In this document: piece by piece, positions 1 to 12,500 of the stretch | Position numbering within the stretch: the first letter of the stretch is position 1 | Layout of the letters: each line of letters opens with the position of its first letter | From: Strigamia acuminata | Lineage: Eukaryota | Direction of reading: 5' to 3' | Assembly: GCA_949358305.1 (NCBI GenBank) | Contig: OX442314.1 | Location: 18,042,001-18,106,000 of the forward strand | DNA length: 64,000 nt | Made by a program: the position numbers and the translations under genes | Notes under the pieces: model-generated | Database searches by the model: none | Told to the model about the DNA's origin: nothing | Seen by the model: only the letters and a program-made list of their open reading frames with translations

Positions 1-176
1 TTGTTTTGTAAATAAACTACAATTAGCCTTAAATTTAATCAAGTGCACCCATTTGTTTCCCAAAGTCATAAAAAGTTTTAAAAATCTCAAAGTTACGAAA
101 TAAATTACATTACCATAAATTAAATTTATTATTATGGTATATATTTTTTTTAATATTTATAAAAGCTAAAACTCAC

Positions 177-960
177 CCAGAAAACATTCTAGAAGATATG
201 CTTCGTCGTCTTGTATCCCTCGGTTGATCACTTTTGATCATAGTAGATGTAAGCATTCATGTCAAACCTGAGGCTTGCGACCCCGAGTGTTGCAAGGCGA
301 GATATGGCACAGACAGAACAGCTCAAGCGACTAGTAACAACTCTGGCCGTCACCTGCAGAGGCACCTGCATGTGAATGCGGCGCTCGATTTCGATCGTTT
401 CACCACACCTGCCCGCGATTTACATTATCTCTGCACACAGCCAGAGACTGAGCGCGTTTTGTCAACACTTAAAAGTGGGATAAATTTCTCTCGATAATTG
501 CGAGACACTCGGAAATCAAATCGCTATTTCCAGAGTTTCGTGTGCAGGAATTGTGCCAAGTTTCGTTGACGTTCCTCTCACTATTCGGAGTGTCGAGGGG
601 TCTTGGAATTCCTTGCCTCCGAGGCACATGGCATGGAAGGAAGTGGAGCAGGTCCACTCGTAGTTCAAGGGTTGGTGGACTTTCTTTCCAAGGCCAATAA
701 AATAGGGAAAAGTACGTCGATCCGTCCGCGTGCATATGTTAGGCCCATTTTCACTATTTTTTAAAAGAAACCTGCGTTCCGTTCATCACTTTCTTGGACA
801 AGTTTCAAGCTACGAAACTTTAAATTCCGACTGCACGAAGTACTGATTAAACAAGTTTATTTTTGTATCTCAAAAAAATAAAAATGAAAATAAAAATGAA
901 ATAAAACTTTCATGAAAAAAATCTGCGAAATTGCGTGAAAGAGCCAAACTCATCAAAACC
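177..960 (-). other. Putative exon (largely 5'UTR, possible coding start MLTSTMIKSDQPRDTRRRSISSRMFSG) of a large minus-strand gene continuing beyond the window start
   Basis: Minus-strand acceptor TTTCATTTCAG at about 960 and donor GTGAGT at 176-171; no recognisable homology. Confidence 0.3.
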
Positions 961-1578
961 TGAAATGAAAATGAGAAATAAATTTATCACGAAGAGGAAC
1001 ACACCCAAACCGACAACAACCATGAATAAATAAAAATAAAAATAAAAATAAAGGCTAAAACAAAAGATAAGCTGTAAAACTGAATGTTTGACACATGGTG
1101 GACGATGAGACAGGTCAACGAGTCAAGCAGGAAATTAAAATGTGCCTCACTAGTGTCCGAAGAGACAAGAGTGGCACGCACAAGAGAAAATTGCCCAATT
1201 CCCTTGCTTATGTGAGGGAGAGTCACGAAAAAGGATCAAGACAAAGTCATCAGCAAAGTCGTCATGTACTTAAATACTGAACACTCAAGCGACCACATCA
1301 TCGCTCTCAACTTAATGTCTACTTCATACCACGACAACAAATAGAAAACTAAAACTCTTCCGCATCGGAAAACATCTTTTTTCAGTCTGTTGGTTCCCCC
1401 AACCGCGAAAAACCGTGTGAATTGCATGCAATATGTACAATAGAGTACAATGCAGGTGAAAACTGTTGCAAATAATATAAGATCTAATAAAAGCTGAGGG
1501 CTTTTCCTTGTTTCGACGATTCACTGATCTCAAGTATTAAAAAAAAAAGATGAAAAATCGTTGTACTTTTCAATAAGT

Positions 1579-1799
1579 AGGTGCGTTCCAACACATTTGG
1601 TGTCTCCTGTGTAATGTCAAATTTAATGACGTCACTTACTTTTCAGCCGTGTGTCTGCACCCAGTGTCAGCTAACGATTCGCATTTTATACGTAACGACA
1701 CTCGTTTCAGAGTTATAGCGGTGTTTTGGAGCGCCAACCAAATTTTTATAGCCAACCTACCAGAAATGTGATCCTTGGCGAATATTTCGGAACGCACCT
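1579..1799. mobile_element. Degenerate MITE-like element
   Basis: Terminal inverted repeat AGGTGCGTTCC / GGAACGCACCT; no clean TSD. Confidence 0.35.
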
Positions 1800-3637
1800 G
1801 TAACAGCTTTTCTTTTTCAACGATTATCAGACGTCAAGATATTTCTTCATTCGCCCCCTACAGGCCTAGATCTCTCAAGACATGTCGCGTGGTGGTGAGT
1901 TAATCTTTAACTTTAGAAAATCCAGTTCAGTATATAATGTAATCTGGGCGCCATGCAGTTTCTACTGCAAAAGAAGAGTAAACAGATCAAAAGATCATGA
2001 TATCCTAGTGTAGAAAGCTCTGATTGGCTGAAAGTGTTTTCCCACACGGAAAAAATAGAAATATATACTTTTTCAGACCTAAATTTTGCGCTCAGTTGAA
2101 AAAGCGTGCAATTTCAAACTTGGGTATGGTCTCGAAAAAAAAAAATTACATTTCTTTTTTTTTCTCATTAATTTTCCATCAAATTATTACTGCAAAAAAA
2201 TAACAACAATAATTTAACCATTAAAAATATTATTTTTTGCATTCTTTTTTATTTCTGCTCGTTTTTTATTTAATTTCTTTAGGGAGTTTACTTTTTTCTG
2301 GCGGAGTTTCCGAGCTAATTCAAGCACCTTTAAATCCGAGCTGAAAGGAAAGAAAAGGCATTGATTCTGGTCTAATGGAAGAGGTGGATGGATTCATCAC
2401 CTGGAATAATGGACGAGTGACCTCGAAACAAGAACCGTGGCACACAAGATTTGTAAATGCATATCCGTAATGGAATAAGGGAGATTACACCATCTCAACC
2501 ACGTAATTTCGATCTGTCTATGCCAAATGTCATTTGGAGGTCATGAGATATGAAACAAGACCAAAATGGAAAAAAGAAAGCCATGTTGCACTACAAAAGT
2601 GTTATAAAAAAAAAGAAAAAAGGTAACAGTTGCAAACTTGATAAGAAATGCATGAGTTTCTTCCATACCCAACAATTCACTCAAACTTGCATGAAGCTAC
2701 GAGAGTGAAATTCCCGTCCCCGTACAAACTTTATACTTCATTTTATCATCTCTAGGGTTAAGCAATAAAACACATCAAAAACTTAATACAAAATAAAATA
2801 TTAAAAGAAGTTTGGTATGTGTTTCTCTTTCAAATTTTTTTAAGATGATAGAAAAAAGTCATGATTTAATGTCGCCACTCGATTGTGAGAAAAAAATCGA
2901 TACTATCGCTAATTGAATTAGGAGCGAAGAATTGTACTTTGTTACAGCAAAATATAAATAAATAAATATAAAGTGCATTCAAATTGGTTAAGCAAATACT
3001 TAAAGTCTGCTTGAATGAATAAAAATAAATGTTCCTAAATAAAATATTATAACTAATGCGCATGCTTGTGCACAGCTGAGATCTGAATGATTGTTCAACT
3101 GAGCATGCGCAAATCGTTGTCGTAGTTGCTTAAGATAAATTAAGGAAAATAAGTGGGCTCAACAGATTGCTTAAAGTTAAGTTAAATATAAATGGCGAAT
3201 TAAGTAAAAAAAGGCCACAGCCTGAAGTGAAAACGAGGTTATCAACTTAAAACTTTTAAACAAATTTTTCTTAACCAACTTGTACATCGATAGTTCAACT
3301 TCTTCTTTTTACTTATCTTCACTGAAACAAAAACAAATAAATGGAACTCCAATTTACCATACCACAAAAACCATTGTATGCAGTTCCTTGCCCGGAGTCA
3401 CTGTACCTAATGCTCATTTTCCAAATGGATTTGATGTCATTTTCAGAATAAATATTTGCAGTAAAAATTGAAACGAACGTAGTTTTCAGTTTAAAACAGA
3501 GCTAAGGCTTTCTTTGAAACATAAATGAAAAATTTAGTACAATGATGAACCAAAGATAACATGGACACTTATCCACATGATCAGTGCATTTTGCCACCGA
3601 TGGCGCCACATAATATATAGCTGCACTGTATTCTGGG

Positions 3638-3769
3638 TGTGAGCGATAGCTCCCCCTGGGGGTCATTTCGAGACTTGTTCTATCTTTTGTATGATTGGTT
3701 CTAGGTTTTATGAATAAATCAGTCTAGTTTAGACAATCATCTTGATCGGTTGTCTTTATCATTCTCACA
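3638..3769 (+). repeat. 5' LTR of Gag-protease element
   Basis: TGTGAG...CTCACA, contains AATAAA, identical to 6446-6577. Confidence 0.95.
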
Positions 3770-4016
3770 TGGCGCAGTCGACATAAAAAGACTTTGGGGA
3801 AGGTGAAATAGTTGAAACAGTTGGAAATTGATGACGGCGATTTGGATGAAGAGCGCGTGGGCTTAACATTTTCGAAAATCGAGTTGCGGAGAAATTTGGG
3901 GACGGAGACGAAGGAGACGACGCGCGTTACACGTGGAAAACGTCCAGATAACGTTCGATTTGGAGACGGAGACGTATATAAGCAGTTGAAAAGTTGTTGG
4001 TGATCATTGTCGGTGG

Positions 4017-6512
4017 TTGACGAGATCGGTGATTGTTGTTGAAAATTTTGCGAAACACGTGGCGGACGTAATGGCGGAAAATTTGGCGGTAATTTTGCAA
4101 GGATGTCGTTCGTCGCTTTTGTCCGTCGTCGAGGACGTCCTGAACGTATTCACGGTGACGATTTTGAAAGGAGAAATCGACAGGCGCGGATTGGAATCGA
4201 CGAGCAATTTGAAGCAAGACTTGATGACGGTACTTTTGCAAAATAACATGGAAATCGTTGCGTTTGAGGCGGCGGAGGCGGAGAGAATCGCGGCGGAGAA
4301 GTTGGTGGAAGACGATGCGGAGATCGTAGAGAAAACGTCAGCGGAGGAATTGGCGAAAGAAAGGTTGGAGGCGGAGAAACTGGAAGCGGAGGAGGCGGCA
4401 CGTCCGGCCGGCGGAAGTGGGGCATCGTCCGCCGAATTGATGGTTTTTCAAATGGCCGAGATGATGAAGATGTTGATGCGGGACAAGTCGGAGACGGCGG
4501 CGCGTAATGCGGAAACGGAGGCGCGTAATGCGGAGAAGGAGACGCGGAATTCGGAGTTGTTGGCACAAAATACTTTGGTGATGAACCGCCTCATCGCGTC
4601 CCAGTGTTCGCAGACGGGTCCCGCAACCACGGTGGTGCAGATGCACTCAACCGTCGACACCGTAAAAGCCATATCCTCTTTTTCGGGCGACGATAAGGAG
4701 AACGTGCATTCGTGGGTGAAGGAGGTAAAACGCGTGGCGAAGCTTTCGGCCTGGACGGACGATCTGACGCTATTGAACGCAGCAACGAGGCTAGAAGGTC
4801 ACGCCAGCGACTGGCAGAAGACTGAAGGAAAGAAAATATCGAGTTTGGAGGGCTGGATGTGGGCTCTAGAAGATAGATTTAAGTGCCGCATGAACTTGAA
4901 CGAATTCTTTGAAATGCAAAAGAAAAGAAAACTGGAAGCATCGGAGACGATCGTTCATTACATTTATTCAAAGAACACTTTACTAGAGCGTTGTGCGAGC
5001 CATATAAGTGAATCGGATCGAGTGTCGATGATTTTGGGCGGAATTGGCGAGGAGTTGGTGTCGTTTCCGTTGGCATCTGGCAACATCGGTTCGGTTGAGG
5101 AGCTTTTACATCGCGCGAGGGGTTTGGACGGGGCGAGAAAAGTGAAGACAACGGACAAAAATAGTAGTAACGTCGAAGTTAAACGAGCAGCGGAGGACGT
5201 GGTGAGGGAATCGACGAAGGAAGCATTTTCGGCGGCGTCGACGAACAAGAACTCACAACGTCACGTGCAATATAGATACGGGATGGATAAATCTACTCTC
5301 ACGTGTTTTAAGTGCGGTAAGATCGGACACGTGTCTTTCGACTGTTTGTTGGCAAGTGCGGGAGCAGTTACGACGGAGAAAACGCCGGAGAAGGTTATAG
5401 CTTGTGTTGTCAAGACGAGGAAACCGGAGATGAATTTGACGGTCGTTGCGTGTAGTGTGGAGGAGTTTGACACGGACGTTGAGGCGCTGATTGATCCGGG
5501 CGCAAACTTGACAATTATCGACGGCAGATTTTTGAAAGACAATACGGAATTAAGAGCGAATAGATCGGGGGCCAGTTTTCATTCCGTCAATGGCCCGTTG
5601 GAGATCGATGGATTTCTCGACATTTCGTTTCGTATTGGCGATATTCAATCGAGAATGAGGAATGTAGCAGTGTCGTCAGGTTTACCTTTTCCTATCATCG
5701 TAGGCACAGACTGGCGTAGGCAAGAAGGTCTGAGGCTGATTTTGGAACCGAATGGCGACATGAATGTTTCAAGAGATCGCAGCAAGGTTCGGACTGTTGG
5801 TTGCACAATATTCGAGAAAGAGGCGAACCGAGAAAACGTGTGTTTGTCACTGGTCGTGGAATATGACAAGATTTTGGACGTAGCAGACGACGACAAGGAC
5901 GGAGAAGTTGACGAATTTGAAAAAAACGATCAAGTTGAAAACGAAAATGGCATTTTTGACAACAACGACGAAGAATTTGTTGAAAACGACGACGATCTTG
6001 GCGTGGAATGCGGGAAGGAGAACTTAGAACTTGACGTTACGAAAATCGAGCTAGTTGCGATCGTAGAAAATGTGAATTTGGGAGAGGACAGATCAAAATT
6101 CGACGAAACGGTTCCGGGGTTCAATGAAGTTGACGCGAAATATGGTGAGGAACACGACGAGAAAGGCGAGGAACACGATAAGAATGAGGCGAATGAAAAT
6201 GAAGACGAATCGAGTCACAAGGGCAAGATTGTACGAGAAAATTTGGAGCCGGGCTGGCTGGAGGACCTGGAGCTTAAGAGATATTTTGCCGAAGAACAGG
6301 AAGAGACTTTGACGGGAGAGACGGACTCGACAAAGATGAGCGAGGAGTTATCGGAGGCTTGTTGTGCATTAGAAAATCGCATTGTATCGAAATTGTTGAA
6401 TTTTTTGTTTTGTTGTCGAGGGCGACAACCCAAAAAGGGGGGTCGTGTGAGCGATAGCTCCCCCTGGGGGTCATTTCGAGACTTGTTCTATCTTTTGTAT
6501 GATTGGTTCTAG
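4017..6512 (+). CDS. Gag (SAP-like N-terminal motif, capsid-like region, CCHC knuckle) + retropepsin-like protease + acidic tail; first ATG at 4071
   Basis: FTVTILKGEIDRRGL..LKQDL; FSGDDKENVHSWVKEV; CFKCGKIGHVSFDC; ALIDPGAN..IIVGTDW; no RT/RNaseH/IN motifs; stop lies inside the 3' LTR. Confidence 0.9.
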   Translation: MTRSVIVVENFAKHVADVMAENLAVILQGCRSSLLSVVEDVLNVFTVTILKGEIDRRGLESTSNLKQDLMTVLLQNNMEIVAFEAAEAERIAAEKLVEDDAEIVEKTSAEELAKERLEAEKLEAEEAARPAGGSGASSAELMVFQMAEMMKMLMRDKSETAARNAETEARNAEKETRNSELLAQNTLVMNRLIASQCSQTGPATTVVQMHSTVDTVKAISSFSGDDKENVHSWVKEVKRVAKLSAWTDDLTLLNAATRLEGHASDWQKTEGKKISSLEGWMWALEDRFKCRMNLNEFFEMQKKRKLEASETIVHYIYSKNTLLERCASHISESDRVSMILGGIGEELVSFPLASGNIGSVEELLHRARGLDGARKVKTTDKNSSNVEVKRAAEDVVRESTKEAFSAASTNKNSQRHVQYRYGMDKSTLTCFKCGKIGHVSFDCLLASAGAVTTEKTPEKVIACVVKTRKPEMNLTVVACSVEEFDTDVEALIDPGANLTIIDGRFLKDNTELRANRSGASFHSVNGPLEIDGFLDISFRIGDIQSRMRNVAVSSGLPFPIIVGTDWRRQEGLRLILEPNGDMNVSRDRSKVRTVGCTIFEKEANRENVCLSLVVEYDKILDVADDDKDGEVDEFEKNDQVENENGIFDNNDEEFVENDDDLGVECGKENLELDVTKIELVAIVENVNLGEDRSKFDETVPGFNEVDAKYGEEHDEKGEEHDKNEANENEDESSHKGKIVRENLEPGWLEDLELKRYFAEEQEETLTGETDSTKMSEELSEACCALENRIVSKLLNFLFCCRGRQPKKGGRVSDSSPWGSFRDLFYLLYDWF

Positions 6513-6577
6513 GTTTTATGAATAAATCAGTCTAGTTTAGACAATCATCTTGATCGGTTGTCTTTATCATTCTCACA
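6446..6577 (+). repeat. 3' LTR of Gag-protease element
   Basis: Identical to 3638-3769. Confidence 0.95.
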
Positions 6578-9500
6578 CTGGGATGACAACAGGTAACAGA
6601 CAAGCTTAGTTGGCACGGAATGCATGACACGTGATTGCTGTCATCCAATCAGCGCACAGTACGAATCAAAGGAAATAACACATGAATACGTGTCCATGAT
6701 ATCCTTGGTTGATGGTACAATTTCATGGATAGAACAGGGTGTTTAGTATGAATTCAACCGCAGCCAGTGTACAGGAAATAACTTTTGGTCCAGCCGCTTA
6801 AGATTAGCCGAGGTCGGCCCAACACACAACCATTTCCTGCGTCTACGTTTTCAGTGGTCGAATTTCTGAGCAATGTAATTAGAAAAATAAATTTTCAAAC
6901 AGAAATATATTTTTGTATAAATATAGCGTCAGTCAATAGATTTGTAGAAAATTAATGAGGATGGCTGAATGCTCTTTCGATTCATGCGTCATGCGGTTTC
7001 ATCAAACATTAATCAAGACTATTGTAATTAGCTGCTGCTCAATCATCACAGCGTGGAGCCACTGATTGGCTGACTTCTGAATTTTAATACTGTGCAGTGG
7101 GGAACGTAAGATTGCAGCTTTCATTACCGTTATTACGACCACCACAGCGTAACGCGTAGACCTAAACTCACCGATTTAACTTTTAAGATTATTGCGAAAA
7201 TCATCATTAGCAAAGGAAAACTTCTTGTCGTCATTTATTCTATCCCCTTTGTAAGCAACGGAGTAAAACTTAATCAGCATAAAGTAGCAATCTACCAAAT
7301 TCACAGTAATTTTGGTTGCCAAGCATTTAAATGCGTTTTATTCATAACCAACATAAGCAACGCTGATGTAACAACTGCAAAGTGACTGTTAAAAAGTTAA
7401 CAACAACCAAAAAATCCAACATAAAATGTTAATAAAACTGATTTCTTTTTTCCAAGTGTAATCCCTTTCAAGAAATTCTCAAAATACATTTTTTCTCTTC
7501 TTTTTTTGAACCACACGCCAAATTTTATTATAATTTCATTCGCAACTCACACATTCCAAGAAAATCCTAAACCAAAACATATATACACCTAAATCCTGCT
7601 GTGAAAATCCTGCAAAAATCTCCATACGAAACGACATGTGCTATTCCACTCAAAGCGGAATAATATTTCAATCACACTTACAAAACTGTATTTTTCTCTA
7701 AACAAATCCTGTTTCATCCACGTTTCAATTCACAACAAGCGAAACCAACACTTTGATCGATGAGTTAAACTCGGGAAGTAAATTCAGAGAGATCAATACC
7801 GTTTTCAAACTGCAAATACGACCTCACAATGGAATGGTGCTAATTAACTTCCGTCATCGAGTATCAAGTCATTATCCAAAAGCTCATCTTACACCCTCAT
7901 AAAACCAGAGAGGTGGGGCTGCCATAATTGAGAAGGAGTTCCAACACCCCATTTTCTGCTCGAGCACCACTGCTTTTTCTTTGGCTCATAAATTCTAAAG
8001 GGATAAGGATCTTTACATGCCATATATCCAAACTCATGAATACTAAATGAGGTAACAAAGAGTTAACGAATGATTAAAAAAGATGAGATAAATCATTTCT
8101 CGTAAATCGAACAAACTTTCTTCTTTTTATCTTATTTAATTAGTACAAAAGTTAAATGAAGGGGAAAAAATGATGCAATTATATGCAGACAACACGCAAT
8201 AATCAAGATTTTTTTTTTTAAAAAAAGTTCTCTCTGAATTAATTAGCCCACCATCTCTTCCGGCACGAGTTGGGAGTTGGAAGGAAGCCTGTAGTCAATG
8301 GACTGAAGGCCCATTGCCAAGCCGCTAAGCTTAAACGATTAAAGCGCTTTCCTTCGGCCCATAGGTAATAAGTTCAGATGGGAACAGACGACTGGTTTAT
8401 ATTTTTAGACCAAAAAATAAATATGTATAAATATAAAAGCCATCCTTTAGCGGAAAATAAAGCCGTTAATCCTGTGCAAACTTCTGAAGACGACTGAATT
8501 GCGATGAACACATCTTTAAGTTTGAAATACTTTTGTTTAGAAAACTTTGTACCCAAAGTTTGTTTAGGTTTCATTGGAATTTGGCACAAGTTTCACTCTT
8601 TTCAAGACTAAGTCTTTTTTTCTCTCTGTTTTTACAGACACATGTTGTCATCCGAAACTCACAATGTAATGAAACAATGAAACAATTTCAAACTATCCGT
8701 CATTCCATGAGTTAAACCAGAAATTTCTCACAGAAGTTTTCAATTTCAATCGCCAACAATTTAAGAAGTTTAAATTACATTCTCTGGATATTTGCTTGCA
8801 AAATGATTAAACGAATGCCTAAAATTTCTCGAATTATTTCTAAACTTTAAGATAAAGATAAAGCTAGTGTCCAAATGGATACAATTCGACTTTATTCAAT
8901 TAGAGAAACCTCACGACGCCGTTTTAGCAAACGACTCAACCGACCCATTCATGATGATTAACGAGCTTAACTTTATTTCCTGTACATTATATTTATAAAG
9001 TAAAAATAGATTTAAAAAAAAGAAGAAAACCACCACACCCACACATTAGCAAGGGTCAGTTTGCGTCGCCTTAGCAACTTATTAAATTATTTTTAGCTTG
9101 CACAGTTGAGTGAGATTTAACTTGCAGAACAGAAACAAACTAATTTACGGAAGAAAGAAACGAGAGCAGAAAATTCTCACCGCAAATCTCATTACACATG
9201 TAACTTTAAACATGAAGTTTGTAATTCATTCACCAGATGATAAACTGAAGCTGAGCAGAATTTGTTTTCACTACATTAATTTCACATATGCCTTTCAAAA
9301 GCAACAAACCGATGCGCCATAAAAATATCCTCGAGACAGGTAGGGGATTAAAGTGGGGGTGTTGAATTACCATTCTTGAAACCAGGGGGTACGACATTCA
9401 ACCGAATCTCCGGCACGGACTTTCGAATCCCGTTCCAAATCCCTGAATCTCCGAATCCCGAATCTTTACATTTTGTAAAAATTTTGAATTTTTTGTCGAA

Positions 9501-12500
9501 AATTGGACAAAAGTTCAAATATTTTCAACTTTTTGATGAAAATAATCATCTAAATCTTTCCGAATCCCAATCAAATCCTAAGAAAGATTCAAATCTCTGA
9601 CACGCAGTGATTGAAACACACATTTTATTCAAAAAGTTTTGTGGTTCATTAAAATTAATTCAGCCCGTTTTCAAATTCCAAAGATATGAGCTTGCGACTC
9701 GAGTTGATAGAGTCAATACAAGAGCAACTGTGTCAGATAACAGCGATAAGCGGACATTCATCTTGTGCGACTGGACCTGTCTTGTGCTCACTGCTCAGTG
9801 TATAGATACGCCTTATATTATAGTCCTTAATCATGCTGTCGCTTTCCTTGATAGTTTCGCCTCACTTTCTTCTAATCCTGACGAATTACATGTCCAAAAA
9901 GCAGCCAGTTTATTGCTCCATTCCATTCCTTCTCTTTTACTTTTAGACTCAATTAATTGAATTAAATTGTCACTCGGGGTGATGAGGCGGCACACTTTTA
10001 TTTTTCCCTTGATGAAACGTTCGCTTGTACCTAATTCCGTTGATCGTGGCATCGCGCCGTTGTAAAACACGAGTTGCCATCTGAGTGTTGAAATTGACTG
10101 CGCAAGTGTTTGCAGTTCACAACAATTTTTCCTTTTAGTTGTGAACAAGTTTCAACTTTAGGGCGTTTTCCAAGTTGAATAAAAAATTAATCCCTAAAGT
10201 GATGCGATATCAATAACGTGATACAATAAATTAGCTTCAACATTTTACTTTCAACAAATAAACTTTTCATGTTTGCGTCGTTAAACACACAAAAGAGAAG
10301 CATTTTATATTGCAGCCGATAGCAGTGAAAGTCAAGTCCTAGTTTATTTATCCCGACGCAATTGGTTTATTTTATTAAACTAACGTGTCTGGAATTGATG
10401 AACTCTATGATTTATATTAACGAACTTCCCTGTTCAAATGTTTAAACAAGTGTGCCTCGAGCTTTTCCGAGCTACTAATAACAATTTAATTGGTAAACAT
10501 GGTTATTTTCATGCATATTTTAAAGACTTTTATTTAACTTGACATGACCGATTGTATGTTTCAACGTCCGACGACTTAAACTACAGAAGCTGTAAAAGTA
10601 TTTACTTGACATATTAATTTACAGTCCACTTGATCTTCAATCTATCGTCTTTTTTTCTGACAATGGCGGCAGCAATAACAGAAGCAAGCACTTGAACATA
10701 CCTTAAACAAATATTCAAGCAAGAGCAAACAACCCTTGCAACTTTTTATTGTCACTACACAAGTGACAAGGCGATTTAATCTGAAGATGGGATTGGACAG
10801 ACTAGTGGGTGTTGCCTGTCACTAGCACTTTCCTATAACCCAATAAAACAACTGCAAAATTTTAACAAAATTCTGACTGCCAAAACCCAGTAAATTCAAA
10901 CAAAAAACAACAATTGTAAAATGTGGGGGGAAAAGCATTTTTGTCCAAAATATTTGCATAAATCAAATAAACCATCTATGACGAAAACTTTGAATGCACT
11001 TCTTGAGTGAAGTATTGCGAGTTAAAGTGAATGTTTAAGAAAAAATAGCTACGGTACCTCAGAAAAATCCCTTGGCCACCATTAGTTGCTTGGCAACTGC
11101 ATACAGATATCTGTAAAAAGGAAGAAAATGCAATAAAGACCCTTCAACCTCGAATATAAAAAAAACACCAAAGTTGACCTGGAAAACAGTAGAAACATGC
11201 GCAGATTGCAATCGTTTTGCTTAACAAAGTTTTGAAGAAGAAAGAAAAACAAACCCTCATCCCAGATAAGAAGAAAAACAATCAAATTATCCCGAAAGTT
11301 CATCCTTTTTGATTGCAACAAACTCTTTCATACGATGCAACGAATGTTAATAATCAATGACATAAGTATAGAATAACAACATATGGAAGAAGCAGTCTTC
11401 TAAACTTTCTACTCCCACAAGAATTGTTTTGCATTCTTGCGGTTCAATATAACTAAAAATATATAGAAAAAAAACGAGTTCTTCTCGACAGCACGTTGAA
11501 TAATGCTCATCTATTTACAATATACCCTTTTTTATGTGGCTTAAAATAAAAAAAAATAAAAAAAGAAGAAATTCTTAAGAAATTCGATAAAGGTCTTTTT
11601 CGTGATCAGCATTTTTGAGTTTCCTAGGTAAAATATCGGATTACACATCCAAAAAAGAAAAAAAAATCAAATTTCCAGGTAAAATACAATATAAAACAAA
11701 CAAATTTCCTACCACAATAAATATATATTGATTTTTTTTATTACTAGCATTCAACTCCAAAGATAAGAAAAACAGAAATGTTTGTTGCAAATGCTGAATA
11801 AATATTGACTTTTTATACGACTCCGCCTTTTTTTTTCTTCTTCTCATTTTAACTCAATTACGAATGAATTACTGTATTTGTATTCAGTAAACAAATCGAC
11901 CAATTTAATTACCTGCAAACTACAATTAATGCGAGATGAAAACAAACTACACAAACATCTATCTAATGCTGAAAATTATTTTCATTTTTCAATCAATCAT
12001 TTAAAAAGTTGCCATGACAATTTTATTTTCCAATTTCTTGCATTTCTCGATATAAAATATTGAATTTCTTAGTAACGGTATTCAATTTTTCTCGTGAATT
12101 CACACTTTTTTCTTGTCAAATATGCAGGAGGAGGAAAGAAGAGGATAAAAGATGAAGAAAAAAAATCTTTCATCATGTTTCTCTGTCTGAGAGAAGACGC
12201 GAGTAATCCCAGAGAATACAATTTTCTAGCTCGATCATATTTGTCAAGACACGTGAGACATTTCTCCAACCGGGAGATTACGCAACACGATTTTAATCCG
12301 TACTGTCTCCAAAAACATTTTCTTTTAAATAAACAAAACTTTAAATCCAATAAATTTATTTATACAAAAGACAACTTGATCTTTTCAAGTTACTTTAATT
12401 TATTCTTTTTTACAACGTGTATATTTTATAACTTGTTTTGAGAGCAACAATATATTTAAATCCAAAAATCGTATTTTTGGAAATTTAATAACTAGAAAAT

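Larger units (their letters stand above)
3638..6577 (+). mobile_element. Non-autonomous LTR retroelement encoding Gag-protease only (2940 bp)
   Basis: Identical 132-bp TG..CA LTRs; 5-bp TSD CTGGG (3633-3637, 6578-6582); PBS TGGCGCAGTCG at 3770 (complement of a tRNA-Ser 3' end); PPT AAAAAGGGGGG at 6432-6442. Confidence 0.95.
3548..6710. mobile_element. Older small TIR element (about 220 bp once the LTR insert is removed) that hosts the LTR element
   Basis: AACCAAAGATAACATGGACACTTAT (3548-3572) matches the reverse complement of 6686-6710 at 22/25. Confidence 0.5.

Noticed and set aside
4150..6474. Antisense and alternate-frame ORFs within the Gag-protease gene
   Set aside because: Shadows of the purine-rich coding strand; no motifs
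9382..9600. CAGGGG start with GAATCC repeats resembling a hAT end
   Set aside because: No matching second TIR or TSD found
9607..10148. Overlapping 117-aa and 105-aa ORFs
   Set aside because: No recognisable domain or splice context; likely chance
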